In this document: positions 50,001 through 62,558 of the stretch, piece by piece
Layout of the letters: each line of letters opens with the position of its first letter
Numbering within the stretch: position 1 is the stretch's first letter
Origin: Chlorokybus atmophyticus
Taxonomy: Eukaryota > Plantae > Mesostigma and Chlorokybus algae
DNA: 64,000 nucleotides
Direction: 5' to 3'
NCBI GenBank assembly: GCA_009103225.1
Contig: RHPI01001559.1
Coordinates: 190,274-254,273, forward strand
Notes under the pieces: generated by a model
The model's input: only the letters and a program-made list of their open reading frames with translations
Told to the model about the DNA's origin: nothing
The model's database searches: none
Translations under genes and position numbers: made by a program

Positions 50001-50342
50001 GCGTGGTTGTGCGCCAGCTCAAAAGTCCCGCTCTCTGCAGACAGCATCAAGTTTGAGAGGCAAGAAAACGAGGCATATGTGGATTTTTTCACCACTGCGA
50101 CTCCAGCACAAGGCTTTAACCAGGCTGTGGATCTTCTGATTCAGCTCCATGTCGAAGGGGGTTTCTGGAAGTCGCACCAGATCAAAACCGCTGGCAGAAA
50201 GACGCCTCTCACGCTGGGTCGAGCTACTCTATACGAGGCAGTCCTTGACACTGCACAGCCTGAGACTGTTCTGTCTACGCGCTTACGAGTGCAACCACCT
50301 CATGACACGGACAGGCCATGCAGATTCCAGCACTCGGTGTAA
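47077..50342 (+). CDS. WD40-repeat protein (8 GH...WSPDG repeats) with uncharacterised C-terminal region
   Basis: Exon 47077-47223 splices in frame (GT 47224, AG 47407) to the long exon containing ORF 47429-49384. Repeats such as GHSSQVRCVVWSPNGLRLATASQDKTAAVW. Downstream open segments 49396-49650, 49742-49915 and about 50040-50342 probably belong to it; 3' structure uncertain. Confidence 0.8.
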
Positions 50343-52167
50343 GGGTGAGGAGGCTAGTTTCAAAGCAGCAGCTGTCTGTCAGCGTCGTTGTGGCAGTATT
50401 GCTCAGGTCATCACGCGGTTGTGGATTGCAATGCACACCCAACCATAAGTTGCGGCTATGCAAGGCGCCCATCACCACGACGGCAGCTGTGGTGCTGTGT
50501 AACATATATGCAATGTTATGCATGTGTGTGGCTGATCACAATGGCGCGTGAGTATGGCGCGTCTAGTGACAGAATACCGTGATGGTGGAATAGAAAGCGG
50601 TAGCGACGGGCACTGTCCTATAACCATGTACATGTGCATGTAGTATTGTGTGATTCTAGTACAGATATTAGCCTGTCAGTAAGTCAGTTGTGGCATGTGT
50701 ACACCTCAAGCTCCCGTCGCATGCTGACAGTGTTTGTCATTATGACTGATGTGTGCACTGTGGCACCCGCAAGCAATGGGCGCAAGCCATTGCACTACCG
50801 GCAACAATGATTGTTGCAGCAATCCTATATCGCGCAGTTTGCGGTGTAGATCATGAACTCCCCAAGCTGGTAGACCATCTTGTCAATAAGACGCCCTCGG
50901 TCAGGCAAAGGTGTCGCACTTGCTGGGGCTGTATGCTGCTGCTCGAGTCAGATTGCTTGGCCTCCCTAGAACGGATCAACGCAGTCAGAGTAGGCTTTCA
51001 GCCCGGACCGTCTTCCACTGTTTATATATCAAAGTCAGGGCATACATGCGCTCATGTTCACGGCCTGTGGCAAGCTTGCGAGCGATACAAGGACACGGCT
51101 ACGGGCAAGACTGTTCAGCTGTTGTCGTTATCATAGTGGATGTCATGCAGCTAAACTGCGGCCTACTGCACAGACGCCCTCTGAGTATATGCTCATTGCA
51201 TTAATACTGCCTGCTCAGACGTTAGACAAGGTTACTGCTCAGAGGGGTCAGTGGTTGCACGAAAGCAATTACAATACCAATGTAGTACACGTGTACGCAT
51301 GCGCTCATGCACGTACGTGCATATATGCACACTTGACTTAACAAACTTAGGAGTTGCGCGCACATGTCACTCGCACAAATGCACGCACAAAGGTGCGCAC
51401 CTACAGTACCTGCGCCGTTGTTTGACCTCCTTGCTAACTTTCTGAGCTTGGCCACCATTAGCGCCCTCGTCAAAGCGGACGACGCTCACAGGCTCGGGTT
51501 GAGTGCTCTGCATTGCTTGTTTGGCCTTTGCGGGTTGAGTGGAATGTGCTCATGGAGGGACTCCAGCTCTCTGGCAGCTACAGTGGGCTCGTGGCATGGC
51601 ACTTGTGACTAAGGTGTGCCAGAGGGTGGTACATGAGGTGTCGAGTGTGTAGCATCACTCAGTTGATGCCGTCCCTCCTCAATGTGGTAGGACGTCATCA
51701 ATGAAGACGTCCCACCACCAGTTGTCTGCAAACAGCCAGTTGTCCAACGCATGCGTTGCACAACATGCTCCGCAGGCTGATATACGCAACTTGGTGAACT
51801 GGTTGGTGCAATGTTGTGTATGTTGTGCATGTACTGCACCTCGCTGCCTGCTTGATTTTCGGCTGCTGGTCAAGCAGATGGTGGCTGATCGGCAATGTGC
51901 TTCACTGTGACAAGGAAGCACACTTTATGAGACGAGCCATTTCAGACAGTACCAAACAGACGGCCCGAGCTTCATAACATGCACCACGTGTTTGCATTCC
52001 ATGCATTTGCAAACACCAGTGCCAATCATCGTTGCATAACCCTGCATAATAGAATCTCATCACCTTGTGTGGGAATTATCACGAAGCAAGGTGAGTCGCT
52101 TGACGGGATGCGCAAGTTGCCATGCTACAGCTTTATCTCATGACACCGGACTGCGCATAAGCAACAG

Positions 52168-53618
52168 TCAACACCAAGTGATGTGCTTGCTGGCGAACAA
52201 GTCATCGAGTTGCTGTGGGGAGAACTCCTTAGTGAAGTGATCGTCTGAACAGCGAACAAACACCCGATCAACCTGTTTTTCCAACTCGCTGTCGCCAGGT
52301 CACAGCCAGAAATCCACGCAGCAGCAGACGATATGTGAGCCAAGCTCCACATTGGGCCCCAGAGCAGCAACCAACACTTCATCATCGTTCGATCTGGTTG
52401 TATCCCAACCAAAAACGGTTTCAATGCTTTCATCGGCATTTGCACGGGTGTTGAGCAAGCATGCTATCTTGCCGTCTCTGCACCGCACAACTTGCACCAC
52501 AACATCAGCATGGTCAGCAAGGTCAAGTGGCCTTCTCAGCAGCAGGCGGCAGTCTTCAAGAGACATGGCCAGCAAGTGTAGCTGCACAGAAGATAGGCAA
52601 ACACTAGTGAGTTTCACATGTCTTGCGCCCAACATGGATGCTGTTTTTCTTCTCTTGCCTTACCTGCTCTGCGTTATTGCAGTGAACAGCTTGACCCACC
52701 CATACAGTGATGGTGAACAGGTAGTCCTCTAATACAGGTTGACGGTTGCTTATGGGAGCCAGGCCTGCGCTGTGACATTGTGCATACAACCGCTGGTATC
52801 CAGTGCCAATCTGCTCATGCACCTGAGAGAGGCACACTCTGGTCAGTTTAATCTCACAAAGGTCATGTTAAGACACTCAAAACCATGCATGCTGCTACCA
52901 TTGCTGGACAATTAGTGTGCACAGTGCATATTGGCAGTTGACTCCTGAAGGCAACTGTACTGCTGAAAGGTGGTAGCCATTTGCACGCATTGCACCCACA
53001 CATGTGTTCCAGGTCAACTTGTTCAACGCACGTGCTGCACACAACTGCAACATAACAGTCAACACACACAGAGTCAAGCCCCGTCAAGTTCCTAATGGGT
53101 GTTGGCTGCTATGCTGCGGTTGTGTGGAATCCTTGCGTGGAGTTATGCTGGAGCACGTGCAGGCACGCATGCATACAGGACCGGTTGCATGCAACTGTAC
53201 GTCCATAAGCATGCACAACCAACCTGATGTTGCACGTGCGATGTCATGGCTAAGAACCGCTTACATGACCTGCATGCTACTCAGCTAAGTAGCACTTATA
53301 CATGGCATGAAGGGCATCCTGCAATATCCCACATTGCGTAACCTCTGAATCATGAGCCAAACGACGCCATGCCAAGCATTCGGACTTTGCTTCTCACTCT
53401 CACAACAGGGTGACTGGAGTGTTAAGCTAGTCAAAGCCAACACATTGGTCAACAAACCTTGCGCAGCCACAAAGTAGTGTTGCAGGCAGAGACTCTTCCA
53501 CAGCGCCTGCTGCGCCGCCCGCCGCCAAGCGCGGCAGACACAGGCGCACCTCGCCAGCTCGCGTCCGCCCAGCCGAGAACACCTCATCAACCAGCAGCTC
53601 GCTGGCCAGGACGTCCAT
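52168..53618 (-). pseudogene. F-box family paralog E (recent duplicate of D)
   Basis: 2-bp TC deletion in exon 1 (TTCTCGG vs TTCTCTCGG in D) and in-frame TGA in exon 3 (DFWL*PGDSELEKQ). Confidence 0.88.
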
Positions 53619-54708
53619 GGCGGCGCCACCGCCGCCGCCGCCGCTGTCACATCAGCAAGCAGCAGCAGCAGCATGCAGACACACCAAGTGCTAAGCTTAG
53701 GTAAGAGTGATAGCGCTTGGTTCAGCCGCATGCTGGCGGCGGCGGCATGCAGTGTACGTGCTTCAGTAGTTGTGGCGCTGCTGGAAAATGCTAAAAGTTA
53801 AGGTCTATGCAAGGCGCGCAAGCTCTGTTCAGGTCAAGGTACTGCTAGTAGCAAGCAGCCTGTGGGACTGCAGCTGGGCAGCGGCTGCCTTCAAGCTTCT
53901 TGACTGCTGCACTGCCAATGAATGCGTGCCTGCGTGTAATTCAAGTAAGAGTCATTGATGGCATGCAAGCTGCTGCTCTTGCTAGCTGCACAAGCACCAA
54001 CCAGCACCGTGACTGCAGCCACTGGTTGGCGCAGCAACGGATGCTTATTGCCTCCTTTCACAAGCAACGTGACTCACCGGGAGGCTCCCCAAGCGAGCAA
54101 CATGGTGTCTGTGTGATTTGGCACACGATAGTAAGCAGCGAAGAGGCACCAAGAACCTGCCTTGGGTGACTGCGCTTTTCTCGTTTTGGCACAACAGAAC
54201 CAGACGTCATGTTGCAGTGCTCATTCCCGACGAACAACATGTACATTCATTTGAGCTCAGTGCTTGCACAAGCTTGCAGCAAAAGCAAACAAGGGTACAC
54301 AGCCAGGTTAGAGTGTTCCTATCTTTGCGCAAACATAGAGCAGGATGCCTGCGCACACAGAAACTGCGCTGGATCCCCCTGCTCAGCAGACTGCAGTAAA
54401 GCACTCACTCAGCATGTGAGTCACAGGCAGTGGATAAGCCAGCATTGACAGCAGACTACCTACAGCATTCACGGTGTACAGTGTCGTGACAGCGTTGCAT
54501 CAACCGCAAGACTGTCCAACTACAATCGGTAAGCAGCAAGCGCTAAGGCGCACCCACCCACATGTGCCATGGCCACATTGCTTGGTAAAGTAACAAGTGC
54601 GATTGCCAATGTTACTGCACAGGAAATTACTGAGCAACGACACTTGGCACTCAGGTTGGCGTTTTCCATTGGCACACCCGCGGCGGCGGCAGCGACGCTG
54701 CTGTTGCA

Positions 54709-56096
54709 ATGAAGTTCCTAGCCAGCGATTTGTTGGAGGAGGTGTTCGCAAGGCTTAGCGGGCGCGACCTTGCGCGCTGCGCGTTTGTGTGCCGCGCCTG
54801 GCGACGGGCTGCGCAGGCAGATGGGCTCTGGAGAATTCTATGCTTGGACCACTACCCTGCGGCTGTCGAGGTAGGATTGATGCTGCATGCTCCTCATCCA
54901 TAAGTTATATACCCTTATAAAACTTATGGTTGAGGAGCATGCAGCATCAAGAATGGTAGATCTCGCATACACATTTTGTTGCAAGTCTTGGAGGCGCCCC
55001 ACGTGTACGCTCACACACCCAACACAACTCCTTCAAAAATCGTGGGTGTGTGTGTACACGTGGGGGGCCTCTAACTCCTCAACAGGTTCAGGCGTTCCAA
55101 AAACATGAGCGTTGGCAGGCTGATTGTGCTCTGGCTTGCTGCGTGTTCACAAGTTATGCAGACAGAGCCATGCATGCACACCACGTGCGCAGTGTGACTG
55201 TGTGCGAGGTGCTTGCATAGGCTGACATACCAACAACTTCTTGTCCACAGTTAACCAAGGCTACGGAGTTAGACTGAACGTGCATGAGCCGTGTGCAGCA
55301 AGCAGTACAACATGTACATATAGAAGATACAGAAGCAAATTATCACAGAATAAAAGTGTGGATTAGTAGTTGCTACACTACGAGAAATTGAACACGACGT
55401 TCACCAAATGCAGCTTGTGCTCCAGGTGCACGACATGATGGGTACATCGTACCGTTGTTTGTTTGCACAACACCAGCACACACGACTGCTACCTGTACCA
55501 CATCGTCAACGCGATTATCGACCAGAGCTTTACTTGTACATCCTTTATTTCTGGTTGGGTGAAGATGTGTACTGGGGCTTAACCGAACAGGTGAGCAAAA
55601 GCACTGAAGACTGCACTAGTTGGACACATGTTACGACTCAGTCAAGTTGAACATGTGTTGTGCTGTCAGTATGCTTGGCAGCCAGGGGCCACGGTAGACA
55701 AAGAGTTTGATTGTAAACTGTAGCTGGAGACACCGCACGAGTTCGGCGATCGCCGAAGTATCGGTTCAAGTCATATGTAAGCGGGACGGCAAGATGGCGT
55801 GCTTGTTAGACACGGGCGCGCGTCACGTTGTTGGCCGCGAGTGCGTGTGGGGAGACGGCACATGGCTTGATTGGGACTTGTTTATAGCGGTGGTAAACGG
55901 GCCACACCTGCAGGTCGGGAACAACAGCACCGCGTCTTGCAATGTTGAGTTTCATCTGGCTTCGGGTCTTGAAGATGAATGCGAACGCGAGTTGTGTCGA
56001 GTGGATGTGTCCGTTGGGAATGACGAAAGCGATACCTTGTCTTCACCGGACCTTGATCGGTCTTTCTTGGGCAGCGAGGACATTGTATGGTACTGA
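54709..56096 (+). pseudogene. F-box family paralog F
   Basis: MKFLASDLLEEVFARLSGRDLARCAFVCRAWRRAAQADGLWRILC; exon 2 open (55426-55590); exon 3 has TAG where A has TGG and a 1-nt deletion before EVSVQVICKRDGKMACLLDT. Confidence 0.8.
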
Positions 56097-56886
56097 GCAA
56101 GCATAGTAGTATGCAGCACGACAGTGCGCTTGCAGTGCAGCAATCAGCAGTTTCGTGGCTGTGTCACGTGTAGCATTGCTCAAGCGGCTCGTCGAGTCGA
56201 GCCACTGCAACACTAGCTGCCTTCGCAGCTCAGGGCATTCAGGGTGCAGCGAGACGTAGGTCGGTTTGCTGCTGAGAACAAGAACTGATTGTCTAACACG
56301 TGACATGCTATTCAGCTACTGCACGCACACACATGCTCACACAGCCAAATCCTCAGCTGCTACCTCGCCCCGTCAGCCTGAGTGCTGAGTCAGGTAACAA
56401 CCAACTGCCTGCACGGTGCTTTGTATAGTTAACACATAGTATTGTGTTAAACCTTGTGTACTTCACTCTGCACCGTATACATGACAAAACCAAGCGAGTT
56501 GTCGTGTCAGTCTGGATTGAACTGGTGCCAGTGATTAGCGTTGCAACTCGTGGCCATACCACCTGCCATTGCTCTATCATGGTCGACACGAAGCTCTTCG
56601 TACGCGACAAGATGCAATGTTGACTTGTTTTCATCGCAGCGCAGTCACGGTGTTCCTTGGTTGCTGTCTTGACACAACATCGGTCATGATCAGTAGCAAG
56701 GCATGGGCTTCATGGAACTCATCCAATGTCCAATGATTCACATGCATAACCCAATCACACGTGCAAACCTCATCGTCTGCTTATGGAAACAGTCACATCT
56801 TAAGGTGACTCACCTTGTGACGTCACGCAAGACAACATGCCATGTAGGCTACAGTTTGCTTGGTAGCAACACCATGCAAGCTTGTG

Positions 56887-58252
56887 TCACGACAAAACTA
56901 TTTTTGAGTAACAGTCACTCCAGGTGATGAGTTTGGTGGCCAACAGACGATCAAGCTGGGCTGGGTCCAACTCATACTCGCTGTCATTGTCCGTAACGCG
57001 AACACGAACTCGATCGACCTGTTTTACCAAGTCGCCTTTACTATTCAGCCGAATGATGTCCGCCACACAGCAGATGAATGTATCCTCAAACTCCACACCA
57101 GGCCCTTGGGCAGTGACCACCAGTTGGCCCTCATACCTTGCTACGAATTCATTACCCCATACGGTCTCGAGCCAGTTATCAAACGCATTGGTGTTCAACA
57201 AGCACGCCATCTCTTCGCCGCACAACTTGCACCAGCACACTGACATGACCAGCGAGGTCGCTCGGCTGTTTCAGCGACAGGCGGCAATCTTCATCAAAGT
57301 ACAACCAGGACAGGTCATGTAGCTGCCAAACAGAAGACAGACAGAATACCTGCTCAATGTGGCACGTCTTGCAACCAGAAAGAGCGATTGTTCGACAGAG
57401 TCCGAAGGCTTCCCATGGCTTACCTCTTCTGCAGTCGTCCAGTAAACAGCTTTGCCCTGCACCACAGTAATGGTGTACGTGTATGCATCAACTTGAAGCT
57501 CAGGGTCACGGTAGCCCCTGGGGCGCCAGGCCCGCTTCTTCAGATTGTGCATACAACCGCTGGTAAGCAATGCTTATCTTCTTGCGCACCTGCGAGAGCC
57601 ACACTATTCAAGTTGGTCAAGTTGTCTGAAGAAGAGTTGATGTTGAGAACTATGCTGTTGAATTCGCTCAGCAAGTTGTGCACAGCGCACGTTGACAGTT
57701 GGACGCCGAAAGCAAGTGGTGCAAGCATACTGCTAACAGGGCGCTAGCCGCTTTGCACGCACACATACATGCTCGCAAACATGAGTCCGGCACGCACACA
57801 TGCTCATACCAACAGCAGTGCGTGTGGCACACGCACTGCTGATGGTGTGAGCGCGCAAACGCATGTGTGTGCGCTCGCGGTTGGCCTCATTAGCCTCCCG
57901 GAGTGCGACACAACACCTCACCTTGCCAACAATGTTCAACATACAGCCCACACATATGCGCGCACACAAACAGAGCCAAGCTTCGTCCTGGAATGAATGT
58001 TATGTTGCGGTGTGAAGCAGCTTGCGCGGAGAGAGCTGACATGAAGCACGCGCAAACTCGCATGCACACAACCGCCGATCAAATGCTGCTGCCATACAGC
58101 GCAGTAGTAGGCAACCCATCAGTCATCACACACCTCCTCGGCTGCAGGGTAGCGCTCCAGGCTGAGTCTTTTCCAGAGCGTTTCCTGCTGCGTCGCCCGC
58201 CTACCCAAGGGAACACCTCGTCACTGAGCAGCTCGCTAGGCAGGAGGTCCAT
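56887..58252 (-). pseudogene. F-box family paralog G
   Basis: MDLLPSELLSDEVF followed by deletion of the RELARCACVCRAW core; frameshifts in exons 2 and 3; MACLLNTNAFD...QGPGVEFE...VKQVDRV...LLATKLITWS retained. Confidence 0.82.
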
Positions 58253-58915
58253 GGCGCCGCCGCCGCCGCCGCCGCCGCCGACGTAGCAGCAGAAGCATGC
58301 ATATGCATGCAGACACACACCAACTAGCTGGTAAGCTTAGCTGAAAAGAGTGGACTACAACTGGCCTGCTGTAGGCTGCAGAATGGTGCTTGGTTCAGCG
58401 GCACACCGCAGCGGCGGAATGCAGTGCATGTGCTTCAAAGGTGGTGGCGCTGCTGGAGAACGCTCCAAGACCTGAGCTCCGTATAAGGCGTACGCACTGT
58501 TCACAAGTCAAGCTACTAGCAGGGAGCGTAGTGGCACTGCTGGGCAGCAGCTTAGCTTCTTTGCTGCTGCATCGCCGCTTGAAACGCGTGCCTGCATGCT
58601 TGCAGCCAGCTGACTGCAGAAGAATTGGGCAGCAGCGCAGGTTATAGGCTACAGGCTAACGCTGCTCAGGCTTGCCAAGCGCAGTGGATAAAGCCATTGC
58701 GCTTGCGCCCTCCTTTACCAGCTCCTCAAGCTCTTGGCAGTTGACAAAACAGTGCTCGGCGACCCTATATCAGCCTCTGCTCTACCAGGCCGCCTGCTTG
58801 CACTTGTGTACGTGCCAGCATGCATGCAAGCTCTCGCAAGCTATCAAGAGCATGCTTATGTTTCTCAGTGCTGCTGTTGTCACAGCAGTCGTCGTCGGCG
58901 GCGGCGGTGGCAGCC

Positions 58916-60525
58916 ATGGACCCCCCTGGGCGGCGAGCTGCTGTTTGCGGAGGTCTTCTTTCGGTTGGGTGGGCGCGACCTGGCCCGTTGCGCCTGCGTC
59001 TGCCGCGCCTGGCGGAGGGCGGCGCAGCAGGAGACACTCTGGAAGACACTCTGCTTGGAGCAATTCCCTGTGGCTGAGGAGGTGCGTGTTGACAACTCAG
59101 TGACTTCCTGGAAAAAGCGTTCAGTAATACTACAGCAATCAGTCTTGATTGATTGACTGATTGCTTTGTCGTGGGCGGTTGGCTTGTCGTGCTTCTGCTT
59201 CAGGGTCACAGTCCAACATGTGAGGTATAATTGCATGACTGGCTCACACGCTGCTGAGATTAGGTGCCATAAGCCACATTTTACTTAGCTCAAGCTTATA
59301 TAGCACGTAGTCAGGTGAGCTGTTCTGCACCATGACATCACACGTGCAGGTGTCACAACGGTTGTGTGCATGCTTGTTGACGTGCATGTACACTTACACA
59401 ACTGGGCTTGTATGCATGTTTGCGTGCGTGTGCCACATCAACCTATTCCACGCCAGTGCTCCCCCAACCTTATCAAGACCTCATCCATGACTTGATCAGG
59501 CTTACTCAGTAACCAGGCTGGCTATGTTACTCTTAAGGCTTACTCAGTGACCAGACTGGCTATGTTGTTGTATGCATACGCGTGTCCACGCATGCATAAG
59601 CACCTGCATGTGAGCATGCCTGCGTGCGAGCGTGTGCCCACTTAGAGCGTGTGTGCGCGCGCAAACGGCTAACACCCTACAAAACAACTTGTTTGCAGTA
59701 TTGTGCCTTCAGCATTCAAGTGTCAACTGTCAACTCCAGCTTAATTCACACTCAACCTGCACTATGCACAATATGTCAAGGAACTCGAGCAGCGTGTCTG
59801 TAAACGTCTTGTTGTAACTCTTCTTGGACTATACTTAACCACCTCAGAGTGTGCCCCTCTGAGATGACGAGGAGATCAGCACTGGTTACCAGCGGCTGTA
59901 TGCGCAATTTCAGACCGTGCGCCTGGCGCCCATAGGCAACTGTGAACCTGAGTTAGAGGACTACCTGTTCACCATCACTTTGGTGGTGGATGAAGTTGTT
60001 TACTGGGATGCTGCAGAACAGGTAAGCTACGAGGAGAAGCAACCACCATTCAAGTTGAGCGCATGATTTGTCAAACTGAACATGATGTTGTGCCTGTCTT
60101 CTGTTATGCAGCTACACTTACTGGACGTGTCCTTCGAAGACTCCTGCCTCTCGTTGAAAGGCCCGTATGACCCGTATGAGCTCGTCGACCACGTCGACGT
60201 TGTGGTTCAAGTTGTGCGGCGTGAAGATGGCAAGATGGCATGCTTGTGTGATACCAATGCAACTTGTGACCGACACAAACTTGATAACTGGGATGTGATT
60301 GAGATGGACGACGGTGACGTGACGGTCACAGCTGTGGGACCCGACGTGGGATTTGGATCAACGGCCGCCTACTGCTTAGTGGATTTCTATCTGTCACCTG
60401 GCGCAAAAGCGTTGGAAAAACAGCTTGATCGGGTGATTGTTCACTTCTCGGACAACGACTCTGATGAGTTCTCCCCACAGCAAGTCATCAACTTGTTGGC
60501 CAGTAACCTCATCACCTGGTGTTGA
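58916..60525 (+). pseudogene. F-box family paralog H, probable pseudogene
   Basis: +1 shift in a C6 run right after ATG GA; exon 2 start is 1 nt short; exon 3 fully open (DHVDVVVQVVRREDGKMACLCDT...EFSPQQVINLLASNLITWC*). Both lesions are single-base and could be assembly errors. Confidence 0.7.
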
Positions 60526-61208
60526 CTATCGCCCCAAGCTTATATGATCGTTACACAGCAACCTGTAGCCACGCAACACTGAGTGAAGGCAAGTCACTTG
60601 CAACGTGACATTGTTTCACAAGATGAGGTTGTACACTGCGATTGGATTATGCACCAGCACCAGATGCGATTGATGCTGGTGTTGGAACATGCATGGTGCG
60701 CGGACACAGGCTGCATGCCAAGAAGCATAGGCGTTCACTTGCTGTTTACCGGAGATGACTTGCTGCAGCACTTGTGTACGCCGTGGCTGTGCTGCGCTGG
60801 CAGAAGGTCGACATCACTGTGTGTCATGTAAGAATTGACTGACATGCTGTACAGAATATGCACGTGATGTATGCAACATGCACGACACATGCATGGACAC
60901 TTAACCACACTCACCTCTATCACGACCATAGGCACAGATGTGTGCCTTGTGTCTCACTTGGCAGTTACTTGTATTGTCAACCCTCGTAACTTACTGAGAA
61001 CATCTCCCAAAGATTCTCACTAGGTAATACTGCGTCTGCACATTGCAGAACTCCTTGTACACGCTTGCCAGACCAACTATGTCGACCGACCGTGCAAGCT
61101 GAGTACAACAGCCATCACATGCGCTTATTCGTGCATACGCATCATGTATACAATGATGTGTATACGCGAGGTGCTGGCAGGTACTCCTTTTGCATGCCTT
61201 GCCTTTGC

Positions 61209-61257
61209 CTTCAGGGCAAACCTGTTGCCCAGGCTTGACAACAGGTTTGCCCTGAAG
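61209..61257. repeat. Perfect 19-bp inverted repeat with 11-nt loop
   Basis: CTTCAGGGCAAACCTGTTG-cccaggcttga-CAACAGGTTTGCCCTGAAG. Confidence 0.9.
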
Positions 61258-62558
61258 ATGCACTCAGCCATGCAACTTGTGCAATGGCACGGAGCTGGTG
61301 CATCGCCTTTGCTGGCCATGGCAACTTTATTGCTGCGCCTGAAGCATAAACAAGTTATGTGACTGTAGACTGCTCACACGATAATTGGATGACGGAAACT
61401 TGTTTACATTTCCGGTGGCTGGGACTCACAGGCTGTGAGTAAGTGCTGAACAGCAGGGGGATTCTAATGCATCACATGTACGCGCAGGCGAAGAGTACTC
61501 TGATACATACACATGTACACAAGGTCCACTTGTCCCTCACCGCATAGTCACAATATGCAACAGTGCAGCACCAACGGTGACAATTTGTGACACTGTTGCA
61601 CACGTCTGCACTGCATGACTGCGTGTGCAGTGCACACGCAGTCGGTGGTTACCACTGGTGGATGTCGTGTTGCTGCTTGGAACGGAGAGAAAGGTTGAAA
61701 CGCTTTGCTTGCATGGCACAACAGCAACGCTTGCTTGTTGTCATAAGGCTACTACTAGCTAGTAGTCTGGCTAGTAGCTGCCACTTTCGCATGCAGAGAA
61801 GGCAGTACATAGGGATCGGTTAAAGAGTTTCTATGACTTGCAAGAACAATAGACCACGATGTTTGCTGCTCCAAGCCATCGTTCAAGACATAATGGCGGC
61901 ATTCGTCAGATCCAGCTACCAAGGGATGCTTGCGTAAGCTTGTGCAAGCATTCAGCTCAACTGGATTCAGCACATGAGCAACCCAACGCTGTGGCGCACA
62001 ACTTGTGCGGACTGTTGGGAATAAGGTTGCAGTGAGTCAACGCTTGCAATGTGCGCCTCCGCTACTAACGTGTGCCTGGTCGCACGGAACACAACAGCAC
62101 ACTCAGGAGTGGTATGCGCTTATAGTCAAAGCAGTTTTGACTATAAGTGCATACCACTCCGCAAGCTTTCATGTTGCGCTGCTGTTTTGTGGTAGTGCCA
62201 TCTTACTGAGCTTACTGGGATACGCACGCAGGCACTCGTTGAAAGAGGCAGTGCAGCAGCGACGAATTTGCTGCCCAGCTGCAGTGCTGCATTAGGCTAG
62301 TAGCTTGACCTGAACAGTGCGTACGCGCCTTACATGGACCTCAGCTCTCAAAGAATCTTCCAGCAGCCACCACTGTTGTTGAAGCACATACATGCACTGC
62401 ATGCCGCCGCCGCCGGCGTGCCGCTGAACCAAGCTATGCGCTATCACTCTTACCAGCTAAGCTTAGCACTTGCTGTGTCTGCATGCTGAGTCAATGCATG
62501 CTTCCTCTGCTTGCTGATGTGGCTGCCAGGCGGCGGCGGTGGTGGCGGTGGCGCCGCC

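Noticed and set aside
19242-56096. RIP-like or MTase-driven C>T mutation as the cause of pseudogenisation
   Set aside because: Some stops are C>T or G>A, but others are T>A, C>G or indels; no bias can be claimed without counting substitutions.
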